Virus record (IMG/VR): IMGVR_UViG_3300045988_131144
Span: 1-64,000 of that record
Length of the DNA stretch: 64,000 nt
Origin: a virus
Strand: one strand, 5' to 3'
Within the stretch, counting starts at the first letter, position 1. Every line of letters begins with the position of its first letter. The notes under the pieces are model-generated. The model saw nothing but the letters and a program-made list of their open reading frames with translations, was not told where the DNA came from and did not search any database. Shown in pieces: positions 15,486 through 25,177 of the stretch. The position numbers and the translations under genes are program-made.

Positions 15486-16674
15486 GAATGTGGTGTTGCC
15501 TTCTTCCGAACAATGGAAGGCTATTATCATGGGTTGTAGAAATCCTAAAAACTCTTGGGACAAGAGTGATAGCGAATTTAACAGGGAGGTAAAAACCTAT
15601 TTCGATGAGAATGATGTGCCGTGCATAGACTTTAGAAAGTTCGTCATCGGTCCCGACGACCTGAAGCTTATGGTTAAACTTTGTAACGCCGGTACAGATC
15701 ACGGGAAATTCATGCGGATGATTCCTGTTTACTTAGACATTACCGCGCCGCTTTACTGGTGGTCTGAATACGATACATACAAGGTTGGCACGGTTGCTAA
15801 CTCTTGCTCGAAAATGCACAAACTTCTTTACAAACCATTTGAAATGTCTGATTTCAGTTTTGACAAGCTACCCGGCTTTAAGAATGAAATCAAGCAGTTC
15901 AGGCCGGAAGTTGATGAAGAAGTGGAACTTTGGAAAAGGATCGACGCTGACTATGATGTAAGCAATCAGGGGAGAGTAAGGCACGGAAAAAGAATCCTTT
16001 CGGGAAGCGTTCACAGCGACAATTATATTTTGGTTACGCTTCACGGTAAGCAAATTCCTATCCACCGCCTTGTTGCAGAAGCGTTTATCCCAAACTGCGA
16101 AAAGAAGCCGGAAGTAAATCACATTGACGGAAACAAAATGAATAATGCCGTTGACAACCTTGAATGGACTACAAGGGCTGAAAACCAAAAACACGCCGTT
16201 GACAACGGCTTACAGCCTAAACCAGCAAAAACCTATCAGGGAAAGTTTACGGCTGAACAGCGCGAGGAAATCAAGCATCTTTGGGATTCCGGAATGTTCA
16301 GCCGACGGCAGCTTTCAAAGAAATTCGGCGTTTCGCATACCTGCATAAACGATATACTCAACGACAAATACAAGTATGCGGAATCCGTAAATGTATTTGA
16401 AGAAGTTGCAAGGCCAATAGTGGACACGCTGAACGAATTGCGCGATTCGTATTTTGTTTGCGAAAACGAAGCAAGTAAAAAAGAGATTTGGTATTCAATC
16501 TTGCAGTTGCTTCCCGAAAGCTACAATCAGCGGCGCACGGTGCAGCTCAACTATGCGGTACTGCGGAACATGTATCACGCGAGAAAGGGACATAAGCTCG
16601 ATGAGTGGAGGAACTTCTGCGCATGGATGGAGACACTTCCCTACTCAAGGCTTATAACTTGGGATTTGACATGA
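15472..16674 (+). CDS. degenerate ThyX-like protein interrupted in frame by a NUMOD4-HNH homing-endonuclease-like module
   Basis: Flanks align by eye to ThyX: HGKFMRMIPVYLDITAPLYWWSEYDTYKVG replaces the RHR region, and the C-terminal segment reads RRTVQLNYAVLRNMYHARKGHKLDEWRNF. The middle (nt ~15919-16380) carries ELWKRIDADYDVSNQGRVRH and EVNHIDGNKMNNAVDNLEWTTRAENQKH. Confidence 0.6.
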   Translation: MIKIENVVLPSSEQWKAIIMGCRNPKNSWDKSDSEFNREVKTYFDENDVPCIDFRKFVIGPDDLKLMVKLCNAGTDHGKFMRMIPVYLDITAPLYWWSEYDTYKVGTVANSCSKMHKLLYKPFEMSDFSFDKLPGFKNEIKQFRPEVDEEVELWKRIDADYDVSNQGRVRHGKRILSGSVHSDNYILVTLHGKQIPIHRLVAEAFIPNCEKKPEVNHIDGNKMNNAVDNLEWTTRAENQKHAVDNGLQPKPAKTYQGKFTAEQREEIKHLWDSGMFSRRQLSKKFGVSHTCINDILNDKYKYAESVNVFEEVARPIVDTLNELRDSYFVCENEASKKEIWYSILQLLPESYNQRRTVQLNYAVLRNMYHARKGHKLDEWRNFCAWMETLPYSRLITWDLT

Positions 16675-17267
16675 GATACGACAGCCTTGAGGACATGCCC
16701 CCGGCGCTGCGGAAGCGCGTGGAAGAGCAGTTTGCAAGAGAACGGACGGCGGCGCAGATCAAGCAGCGATACGCACAGGGCGCTTCCGAGGTGAGCAAGA
16801 GCGCCGCTGCCGCCCTTGAAAAAGACGCGGAGGCGCTTCGCCAACTCAGCCGGGATATGGGCGCTTGGCAGGAGAAAAAGCCAAAGCGGAAGTACAACAA
16901 CCAGCCGACCGAGCGACTTTTGTCAAACGGAGAGTGCATCAAGTTCGGCAGCAAGACCGAAGCGACATATTACGACGAACTGGTTCTGCGGGAGAAGCTT
17001 GGACAGGTACGAAAAATCCGCTTGCAGGTGGAATATTTGCTGAAACCGGCATACACGGACGGCGAGACCGGGGAACGCATACCGCGAATAGCCTACTTTG
17101 CGGACTTCGTTTTCGAGGAGCTTCGTGAGGACGGGAACTGGACAACCCGTATTGTGGACACCAAGGGCGGCGGACGAAAAGGTACCAGTACCAAGACTTT
17201 TGCCATAAAGCGGAAACTCATGGCAGACAAGGGCTACTTCATCGACACAATCGAGCGGCGGAGGTGA
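16671..17267 (+). CDS. DUF1064-like PD-(D/E)XK nuclease (resolvase-like)
   Basis: KFGSKTEATYYDELVL...IAYFADFVFEE...IVDTKG pattern. ATGA coupling. Confidence 0.5.
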   Translation: MRYDSLEDMPPALRKRVEEQFARERTAAQIKQRYAQGASEVSKSAAAALEKDAEALRQLSRDMGAWQEKKPKRKYNNQPTERLLSNGECIKFGSKTEATYYDELVLREKLGQVRKIRLQVEYLLKPAYTDGETGERIPRIAYFADFVFEELREDGNWTTRIVDTKGGGRKGTSTKTFAIKRKLMADKGYFIDTIERRR

Positions 17268-17271
17268 TTTT

Positions 17272-17418
17272 GTGACACCGGAAGAGTACACGGCATTTAA
17301 GCGCCGAGAGTACATGCGCAAGTATCAAGCCGAGTATTGGCGCAAAAATTCCGATAAAATCAAAACTCAACGCAGGAAACGACGGGATAAAAGGATTGGT
17401 GAAGAAGAAAAAGTTTAG
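17272..17418 (+). CDS. 48-aa basic hypothetical protein
   Basis: GTG start behind GGAGGTG. Confidence 0.35.
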   Translation: MTPEEYTAFKRREYMRKYQAEYWRKNSDKIKTQRRKRRDKRIGEEEKV

Positions 17419-17474
17419 ACTCTGTTGCCAAAGTTCCCTTTCCGTCATACCATACAAGAGAACATAGAAAATTT

Positions 17475-17525
17475 CAGGCAGAGTGCTCAAGATAGATATA
17501 GCGTGGGCGGCTCTGCCTGTTTTTG
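17475..17525 (+). terminator. terminator-like hairpin between the early and packaging modules
   Basis: CAGGCAGAG / CTCTGCCTG arms followed by TTTTTG; the loop is large. Confidence 0.45.
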
Positions 17526-17549
17526 ATTTGCAGGAGAGGAGGGCGCGCC

Positions 17550-18554
17550 ATGGCGGACAATACAGTCGTGCAGCGGTGCTGTTTATGCGACAAAGAGCTG
17601 AACGATACAAACGCATGGACGCTGCCCGAACGCTTCGGAAAGCGTTACTCCCCCTACTGCATCAAGTGCCAGCCCAAGGTTTACGACCAGAGGGCAGCAA
17701 CAGTAGGCTACAAGCTTGCAATGTTCCTTTGCGCGGCAGAGTTCAACATGCCGTATATGCCCGATCTCTTTAAGGCAGCGCAGAAGCTCCAGAATGACAA
17801 AACAAATCCATGGGCAGCATACACGGTGATCCTGTGTCAGAAAGGCTACCACAAGGGCGAGAGATTCGTGCAGTTCGTCGACGGCGTGACTGATATCAAG
17901 AAAGCCTTTGACGGCAAATCAGAGACGCTGTATGTCGACGATGAAATGCTCTGCGCCGAGGATTACGTTGAGGGGCGTGTTGCGCAGGAAAAGAAATGGG
18001 GAAAAGGCCCCACGGATCACCCTTACACGCAGGAAGATTACGACAAGCTTGACCGCATTTACTCGGCCATAGCAGATGGTCGCCCCGCAATAGGCCCCCA
18101 AACGCAGATGGCGATAGAGAAGATATCCCGTTGGACACTTGAACAGGATTATTACTTTTACAACGGCGACCCGCAGAAAGCAAAACTGCTGGGCGACCTG
18201 ATAAAAAGCGAGATGGAAAACGAACAGCTCCGCAAAAAGGACGAGCTGCCGCAAGACCTTGAAAAGCTTGACGGCATAGTGAGGGCGCTCGAAGCCAAGG
18301 GGCTGCTTGGACTGCCATTCCCGGAACTGCTGGCAAAACTCCATCCTGAGTATCAGATGACAAAAGACGCGGCGGAGCAGATTCTCCTCGCAATTTACAA
18401 CACAAGCGCGTGGAACGAGGGACGCGCAGAGGTGGCCAGCCTGCCGCCCTCGCTCCGGCTTGATGACGAGCTGGGCGAGTTCATGCAAGAGCCCGACGAG
18501 GTCGAAAAAGAGATTTACCGCAAGCTCGACCTTGTCCGCGGTGATGCGAAATGA
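17550..18554 (+). CDS. putative small terminase / DNA-packaging accessory protein
   Basis: Call rests on position immediately upstream of the large terminase. N-terminal CCLCDK...CIKC zinc ribbon. GGAGAGGAGGG SD. Confidence 0.35.
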   Translation: MADNTVVQRCCLCDKELNDTNAWTLPERFGKRYSPYCIKCQPKVYDQRAATVGYKLAMFLCAAEFNMPYMPDLFKAAQKLQNDKTNPWAAYTVILCQKGYHKGERFVQFVDGVTDIKKAFDGKSETLYVDDEMLCAEDYVEGRVAQEKKWGKGPTDHPYTQEDYDKLDRIYSAIADGRPAIGPQTQMAIEKISRWTLEQDYYFYNGDPQKAKLLGDLIKSEMENEQLRKKDELPQDLEKLDGIVRALEAKGLLGLPFPELLAKLHPEYQMTKDAAEQILLAIYNTSAWNEGRAEVASLPPSLRLDDELGEFMQEPDEVEKEIYRKLDLVRGDAK

Positions 18555-20356
18555 GGAAGGACTACGTTTACAGCCGCAGAAGCGGCGGTTTCATCAAAAA
18601 GCAGACCCGACAGGGTGTCAACTATGATGACTTCACCGACGAATGGTGGGCGCTCCTAATATCGTTTTTCCGGTATTATCCAGATTATCTGGAAGATATC
18701 ACAGAGAATCCGAACTGCAAATATCACAACAGTCTGATAGGCCGCATAATGCGGCGAGCAATGGTACGTTACCGCATGGTGGACATCATAGGTTCGCGCG
18801 GAACAACCAAAACCAGCGCCGTGATAAGTTCGGCAAGCAATAAAGGCATCTTATACCCCGGTGAAGTCACAGCGTACTATGGCCCCTCCAATAAGCAGAC
18901 AGCAAAGATCGCGTCGGAGGCGTGGCACGAATATCAGTACAACTACCCGTATTTGGCGAAGCACTGGAACGTTAACAATGATTCGTCGGACACCTTCAAG
19001 ATAAGCACGGCAGAGGGCAGCGCAGTCGAAGTCGCAATAGACCGAGGACGTAATACCCACTGTGTCATAGGCGAAGAGTGTGGTCAGGAGGACGGTTCGG
19101 TTCCGTTCAATTGGTCAGACTTCAATCAGGTGGTCAAGGCAACAAACCGTTTGCAGCACCTGATTGACGGCGTTCCGGATCCGTCTCACCAAGACCTTGC
19201 CGAGATATACATCACGTCGGCAAGCTCGAAAGAGAACCCCGCCTACAGCGTTTACATCAAGGCGCGCAAGAAAATGGCTGACGGTGAGAGCGCTTTTGCC
19301 TGTGCTATTCCTTGGCAAGTTCCGGTTTTGTGTCATGTAAGACCGTTTGAATACTATGACGGGCTGCGAGACACGCTGACGAAAGAAGAGTTCATGCGCG
19401 AGTGCGAATCTAAATGCACCGGCAGTGTGGACAATCCCCTTCTTCGAGATCAGTATGTACAGGATGCCAAGACGCTGACCATTATGGAGGACAGGCATTG
19501 CGGCGACCCGAACGTGCGGTACTATATAGGCTACGACGTCTCGTACCGACAGAGAAATGGCAACGCGATGTGCGCCGAGGTAGTGTTGAAAACCTACGAG
19601 CAGCGCAGGAGTACCAGTTTTAAGAAAGACTGTGTTTATTTGACCGACCTCCCCCCGCTTGATGCGGAGCGGCAGGCGCGGAGAATAAAGAACCGTTGGG
19701 CGCAGTACCGTCTTGAGGGAGCGCCTGAACCAATCATCATTATTGACTCATGGCAGTTCGGTGAGGCTGTTGTGCAGCAGCTCCATAGAGACCTTGGAGA
19801 TGGGCTTCCGCCCCTCTGTACGGTCAACAATGACGACCGATACCTCGATTTGGTTCAGAAAAACGCAAAACCGTGTATTTATTCACTTTATGCAACACCG
19901 GGGCGCAGTGGCGCAGACCCCAACATCGACATGCTCGACTACCTCACACGAGAGTTTGAACATGGCAATGTGGGATTGCTCATAACCAACGTACATGAGG
20001 GTACACGGGCTTATAAAATGGCACACAACATCAAGGATGATACGCAGGATGTCAAAATCCAGCATCCGTACATCAAGACCAAGGAACTGTGCGACCAAAT
20101 AGCTAACCTGCGCCGAAAGAAAACCGGCAGCGGTTGGACGCAGGAAGAGATAAACAAGCACATCAACAAAGACTTGTGGTCGGCAATGATGTACGCCGCG
20201 AGGCCGATAAAGCTTGACGAGGATGCTTTCGTAGCGTCGCAGAACCGGCGCAAGAGTAGCTATCAGGAAGCGGCTGAACATCTCGACAGTGAGATAACAT
20301 ACGCGCCGGTGAGGACGCGGAGCGTCAGACGCCTTGGCCGAGGAGCAATAGTTTGA
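18551..20356 (+). CDS. terL: terminase large subunit
   Basis: 601 aa. IIGSRGTTKTS Walker A-like, VIGEECGQED Walker B-like. Precedes the portal-sized gene. Confidence 0.7.
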   Translation: MRKDYVYSRRSGGFIKKQTRQGVNYDDFTDEWWALLISFFRYYPDYLEDITENPNCKYHNSLIGRIMRRAMVRYRMVDIIGSRGTTKTSAVISSASNKGILYPGEVTAYYGPSNKQTAKIASEAWHEYQYNYPYLAKHWNVNNDSSDTFKISTAEGSAVEVAIDRGRNTHCVIGEECGQEDGSVPFNWSDFNQVVKATNRLQHLIDGVPDPSHQDLAEIYITSASSKENPAYSVYIKARKKMADGESAFACAIPWQVPVLCHVRPFEYYDGLRDTLTKEEFMRECESKCTGSVDNPLLRDQYVQDAKTLTIMEDRHCGDPNVRYYIGYDVSYRQRNGNAMCAEVVLKTYEQRRSTSFKKDCVYLTDLPPLDAERQARRIKNRWAQYRLEGAPEPIIIIDSWQFGEAVVQQLHRDLGDGLPPLCTVNNDDRYLDLVQKNAKPCIYSLYATPGRSGADPNIDMLDYLTREFEHGNVGLLITNVHEGTRAYKMAHNIKDDTQDVKIQHPYIKTKELCDQIANLRRKKTGSGWTQEEINKHINKDLWSAMMYAARPIKLDEDAFVASQNRRKSSYQEAAEHLDSEITYAPVRTRSVRRLGRGAIV

Positions 20357-20730
20357 TGGATATTACGAAAAACAAACTGTGGGCGCTTCCCACGACTGAT
20401 AAGAACCTGAAATTGCAGGAAACATTCAGCCATTTCTACTCTGACGCAGACCATATACTGATAATTTCTTCCGATAAGCCAAAGGGCGCGATAGAGGTCA
20501 CGCCTGACCTCGAATACCTCCTGGCACAGTCCGATTGGCTGTGGATATGGAGCGAAAGTAACGCGGTCCGATGCGAGGAAGAACTAAAATACCGCAAAGA
20601 GCTTGACGATTACATGAAGGACTTTGAGAAGCGCTTCTTCGCAGAGCTCGATAAAATGCAGAAAGGTGGAGCGGACATTGGAAATACAGCAGATGGGGCC
20701 GATGGAAGCTCCGGCAACAACGAGTTATAA
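20353..20730 (+). CDS. hypothetical protein
   Basis: Coupled to the terL stop. Confidence 0.45.
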   Translation: MMDITKNKLWALPTTDKNLKLQETFSHFYSDADHILIISSDKPKGAIEVTPDLEYLLAQSDWLWIWSESNAVRCEEELKYRKELDDYMKDFEKRFFAELDKMQKGGADIGNTADGADGSSGNNEL

Positions 20731-22405
20731 GGCACTCGGAGAGATATTGCAGAAAGCCAACAGCATGTACGGCGGCATGGGAATGAGCGACTATTTCACC
20801 GCTTTCTCTGCTGCCGGTGGGCTTGGATTTCTGAATAACTGGCCGCAGATACAGAACACCCGCGTAAAGGGCATAAACACGCGCCCTGCCGAGTTCACCA
20901 AAGATCAGATAAGCACAATGGTGCAGAACCCGGACGGCAGTGAAAAGAGCCTGAGAGCGGTGTCAGCGTCGCTTGCGTATAGCACCAAGACTTACGATCT
21001 GATCCTCAAGACCTATCCCGATACGCTTACCTATTCATGGTACGTATATCCCACGTACACCGATGCAGAGGTAAGCAAAAAGGATAAATTGCGCGACATG
21101 CTGCTGGCACAGCGGCTCGTTCAGACAGTGGGTGTAAAAGAAAAAGCCCATGAACTGTGCGGCCTGTGCATGAAATATGGCAAAGTGTTCGTCACACCGC
21201 GTATTTCGGTCGACAAAAGCCACAACAAAATAAACTACGCTTTCTTGCAGGAACTCCCGATGGACTGGTGCAAAATCGTAGGTTACAACAATGGCCCCGG
21301 CAAATACACAGTGGCATTTAACCTGTTTTACTTCATGCGGCCGGGCAATGACTGGCGTCAGTTCGGTGACCTTTTCGAGCCGTATATGCGGATTTTCGAT
21401 GAGGTTGTCGTAAAAACGCCGGGGAAATACGTCTATAACACCATCGATACAGACAAATTCAAAGCCATTCACGCAAATGAGACAATAGGAAATCCCGAAT
21501 GGGTAGCCGTAGGGCGGCAGTATTTCTACTGGGTAACGCTCCCTGCCGACAGGGTTTTCACCATCGAGGTAGATGATACCACTCCCCTCGTTATCCCGCC
21601 GAACACCGGCATGTTCGTGTCACTGACGCAGATACCTAATTACGAGGCGGCACAGCTCGAAATAATCCTTAATCCGTTGACGTCTGTGCTGACTGGCTCG
21701 CTTGAAACTTATGACCCGAAGAGCGCAACGGATAACGACCCTATAAGGGTCTCGGACACGACGAGGAAGCTTTTTGAGTATCTGTGGTATCAGATGCTCA
21801 ATAAGAACAACACGAGCGGCATAGGGCTTTACCTTGCGCCTGCGAAAGACTTGAAGCTTCAGACGATTTCTGACACCGTTGCGAACACGGACATAAGCTC
21901 GACGGCATATTCAGACCAGATTCTTAAAGCGGGTCTCCCCTCTCTCATTCCCACCACAAACGACCCAAAGGTCGGCGTGGCGCAGCTTTCAGCTTGGCTT
22001 GCGGCTTCTTATGCTAAGTTCATATATGGCAGCATGGAGCGGATTATGAACTGGATGATAGAGAGCCTGAACTGCAAGACCCCGATGCGTTTCAAAATGT
22101 TCGGCGACATCTTCAAGATAGATGACGAAATTGAGAACGCACGCAAGGGCATGACCAACGGCTGTCTCACCGATACGCTCAAATATGATGCGCTGTCCGG
22201 ACACACGATACTTGATGATATTGCAATATCTGATTTTGTGGACGAAAGCGGCGTGATGGATAAGCGCAGACCGCTTGTGACATCGTATTCAGCCAAGCAG
22301 GATACCAGCGGACTTCCGCCGCAGGCAAAAAAGGAAATCTCCGAGGACGGGCGACCGGAAGAACGCGGCAGCATAAACAGCGAGACGCATGAGGAAGAGA
22401 TATGA
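20693..22405 (+). CDS. putative portal protein
   Basis: ~570 aa, directly after the terminase. Start uncertain (20693 or 20702; ORF track 20624). Confidence 0.55.
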   Translation: MGPMEAPATTSYKALGEILQKANSMYGGMGMSDYFTAFSAAGGLGFLNNWPQIQNTRVKGINTRPAEFTKDQISTMVQNPDGSEKSLRAVSASLAYSTKTYDLILKTYPDTLTYSWYVYPTYTDAEVSKKDKLRDMLLAQRLVQTVGVKEKAHELCGLCMKYGKVFVTPRISVDKSHNKINYAFLQELPMDWCKIVGYNNGPGKYTVAFNLFYFMRPGNDWRQFGDLFEPYMRIFDEVVVKTPGKYVYNTIDTDKFKAIHANETIGNPEWVAVGRQYFYWVTLPADRVFTIEVDDTTPLVIPPNTGMFVSLTQIPNYEAAQLEIILNPLTSVLTGSLETYDPKSATDNDPIRVSDTTRKLFEYLWYQMLNKNNTSGIGLYLAPAKDLKLQTISDTVANTDISSTAYSDQILKAGLPSLIPTTNDPKVGVAQLSAWLAASYAKFIYGSMERIMNWMIESLNCKTPMRFKMFGDIFKIDDEIENARKGMTNGCLTDTLKYDALSGHTILDDIAISDFVDESGVMDKRRPLVTSYSAKQDTSGLPPQAKKEISEDGRPEERGSINSETHEEEI

Positions 22406-22557
22406 AAGATCGTGCTCAAGAGAAACCGCCTGAGTTATCTGCCGAAATGATAGCAATTATCAACCGACTGCTTCAAGAAGGCAAGCGGCTGGAAATTGCC
22501 GCGAAACCCAACGGGATTCACCTTTGGGAGATTAAAAACAAGAAAATAGAGATGTAA
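22402..22557 (+). CDS. 51-aa hypothetical protein
   Basis: ATGA coupling to the portal stop. Confidence 0.35.
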   Translation: MKDRAQEKPPELSAEMIAIINRLLQEGKRLEIAAKPNGIHLWEIKNKKIEM

Positions 22558-22590
22558 GGAACCTCATGTAGGAGGTTCGACAAAGCCAAA

Positions 22591-22638
22591 GCAGGGCTAT
22601 TAGCACGAAGAAATTCGTGTTGGTAGCCCTGCTTTTTT
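22591..22638 (+). terminator. rho-independent terminator inside the late region
   Basis: GCAGGGCTA / TAGCCCTGC stem plus T6. Confidence 0.65.
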
Positions 22639-22664
22639 ATTTCACCGCAAGGGAGGAATGAGAC

Positions 22665-23192
22665 TTGAGAGACTTTTACGCCGCATATCGGGAGGACAGA
22701 TATTCCTTCCTTTATGAACCGATGCGCAGAGCTATGAGCGCGATGGGAAATGCCATGTGGAGTTTCGCGGCGATAAAAGAACAGACATGGTACAGCGGCT
22801 ATGCGGCGCTGACACGAGCCATTCACGCGCTTGAACACAAGCAGCCGGAGTACATAGACCAGCTGAAAGACATCATGGCGAAACTCGGTTTGCCGCTGGT
22901 TTATCCGACAATCCCGGAAATGCAGGACAGTTTTTCTTCTGTGGAAGAGGTGCTGGATAAGTGTATCAACCTCATCGACGGCGTTAACGACGGGCTGTCC
23001 GAGGTCATCGAGGTTTGCGACAATGCCAATTTCGAGCCGCTGGCACGCTATGCCGAGAACGTCCAGATGGAGAACTATCAGGACAGGCAGTGGCTGTGCG
23101 AGGCCAAGGCAATGGCGGAAAACGGCGGGATTAGCAGCACCAGTTTTGATAACTGGCTCAACCGCACGCTCAACGTGCCGCAGAAAGAGTGA
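22665..23192 (+). CDS. hypothetical head-module protein
   Basis: TTG start behind GGGAGGA. Confidence 0.45.
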   Translation: MRDFYAAYREDRYSFLYEPMRRAMSAMGNAMWSFAAIKEQTWYSGYAALTRAIHALEHKQPEYIDQLKDIMAKLGLPLVYPTIPEMQDSFSSVEEVLDKCINLIDGVNDGLSEVIEVCDNANFEPLARYAENVQMENYQDRQWLCEAKAMAENGGISSTSFDNWLNRTLNVPQKE

Positions 23193-23198
23193 TGTCTT

Positions 23199-24575
23199 AT
23201 GGCCAAGAACAGATACAAAGGCGCTGAAATAACGCGCACATCGCGAGGGCAGCTAAAAATTCTGTCCTCTGGCGATAGAAAACTCTACCGGGTCGAGCTG
23301 TGGATGCTGAACGACAAGGTGAACCGCAACAACTGGAAGTACATCAACCTCGCGGCGCACCTGCCTGAGTTCAAGGACATTCCCATTCTGACGGCCTATC
23401 TCCCAAGCGGGAAGATCGGCGATGGGCACAACTACGACCTCAAGAGAGACCCGAAAACGGGTGAAACCTACGCTTCTTTTACTGCCGCCGATGCCGAGAG
23501 GATAGTCGGCTGGATTCCGAAAGATGCGGATATCCGCTTAGAGCGGAAAGAAGACACAAGCTGGATAGTGGCCTCGGCATTTCTGTGGAAATGGTACGCA
23601 CCGGAATTGGTTGACATGATCGCTCGGCAGGGGAACGGCATGGAAATCTCCATAGAAACGCTGGTGACCAAAGAACATATGGAAGGCGACGTTGCGGTCG
23701 AAGAGGAATACGTAGTGCTCGGCGTCACCGTCCTTGGCGCGGGAGTTGCCCCGGCTGTAGCGGGTGCGACCATCCAGTCCCTCTCTGCGATGAGAAACAG
23801 CATGGAAAAGATGTGTCTCAAAGCTGCCTCATACGCAAAGGAAGCTACAGCCAAAACAACCACACACGACAAAGGAGTGAAAGAAAACATGATTGACAAA
23901 GCACGACTCAAGGCGCTGTCGGAGAAGTTCAACGGCTATACCGTGGTCGGCGCTTCGAGCGATCTGAAACTTCTGGCTCTTGTGAACGCGAACGGTGAGC
24001 CTTTTACCTACTCCGTCGAGGAGAGCGACAAGGGCAACATCATTCCTGACCGAATAATGAGAGCCAACGCCTACGTTTCCTACAAGATAGGCGAATCCGA
24101 AGTTCAGGCGAGTCTCGATGCCTTTATGGGCGAGGCTGAAATCCGCTACAACGCCGCAACTGAGCAGGCGCAGGCCGACGCAAAGACCATCAAGCACCTT
24201 TCAGAGCAGCTTGACGCGATGAAGGGCAAGGAGGACAAGCGCCGCCTGAACGCCGCAAAGACTGCCCTTGAGGACGAGTTCAAGCAGTGCAACGGCGCGG
24301 AGGGCAAGTTCGACAGCGAAATCCTCAAAGACCTCAAGGCGAGGGTTGAGAACGGCGATTTCACCGCTCGTGAGGACGCTGACGGCAACTGGATCGGCGA
24401 AGCGGAAGTACGCATGAGTGTCAAGGCGCTGTGCATGGACGAGCAGAAGAAGCTCGACGAAGCAGCTGCCAAAGCAAGCGAGAAGCACTACTTCAACTTC
24501 AACAACATCAAAGGCAACTCTGGCGGCAGTCCGCGCACTTTCGGCGAGCTTTTCAAGGGCGACGCTCACGAATAA
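23199..24575 (+). CDS. putative scaffold / prohead-protease-like morphogenesis protein
   Basis: Lies between portal and capsid genes. Long coiled-coil, charged C-terminal half. Confidence 0.4.
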   Translation: MAKNRYKGAEITRTSRGQLKILSSGDRKLYRVELWMLNDKVNRNNWKYINLAAHLPEFKDIPILTAYLPSGKIGDGHNYDLKRDPKTGETYASFTAADAERIVGWIPKDADIRLERKEDTSWIVASAFLWKWYAPELVDMIARQGNGMEISIETLVTKEHMEGDVAVEEEYVVLGVTVLGAGVAPAVAGATIQSLSAMRNSMEKMCLKAASYAKEATAKTTTHDKGVKENMIDKARLKALSEKFNGYTVVGASSDLKLLALVNANGEPFTYSVEESDKGNIIPDRIMRANAYVSYKIGESEVQASLDAFMGEAEIRYNAATEQAQADAKTIKHLSEQLDAMKGKEDKRRLNAAKTALEDEFKQCNGAEGKFDSEILKDLKARVENGDFTAREDADGNWIGEAEVRMSVKALCMDEQKKLDEAAAKASEKHYFNFNNIKGNSGGSPRTFGELFKGDAHE

Positions 24576-24596
24576 TGAAAAAGGAGTGACAAAATA

Positions 24597-25157
24597 ATGG
24601 CTTTTACTGAGAAAACCGCATTCCTTCCGAGAATGTGGAATAACCGCAACGACGACCTGCAGAACATCGCGGGTAAGTTCGGCAGCCTCTCCGGCACGAC
24701 CTTCACCCCCGCTGACTGCTCCGCAGGCTTCATCTGCAATAAGGGCGCACACATGGCGACCGGCGGCTACCAGATGACCGCAGCCGCAGACGGCACTAAG
24801 GACGTTTACTTCTGCAATCCCGGTGACGTACAGCGCGGCACGATCGGCAACGGTCTTTACGCAGAGGGGATCAACACTCTCGGCCTTGGCATCCCGTCCG
24901 GTGTACTGGACACCTTCTCCAAGGCGATCCCCGGGGAGACCTACGCTTTCGGCGAAGGCAACTTCTCCACCGCCGTAGACGCTACGACCAACATCTACGC
25001 CACCATCGTAAACGGACTGCTCGTCGGCACCAATGCCGCCCCCGCAGCCGGTTCTGGCATCTACTTTGAGCTCGATACGGGGCTCGGCATCGACGCCTGG
25101 ACTGAGTCCAACTATAACGCGGGCAGCAGATTCAACATGCTGTGCCGCAAAGCATAA
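24597..25157 (+). CDS. hypothetical head protein (decoration-like by position)
   Basis: Immediately upstream of the capsid-sized gene. Confidence 0.35.
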   Translation: MAFTEKTAFLPRMWNNRNDDLQNIAGKFGSLSGTTFTPADCSAGFICNKGAHMATGGYQMTAAADGTKDVYFCNPGDVQRGTIGNGLYAEGINTLGLGIPSGVLDTFSKAIPGETYAFGEGNFSTAVDATTNIYATIVNGLLVGTNAAPAAGSGIYFELDTGLGIDAWTESNYNAGSRFNMLCRKA

Positions 25158-25177
25158 GGAAGGGAGGACGCACAACA

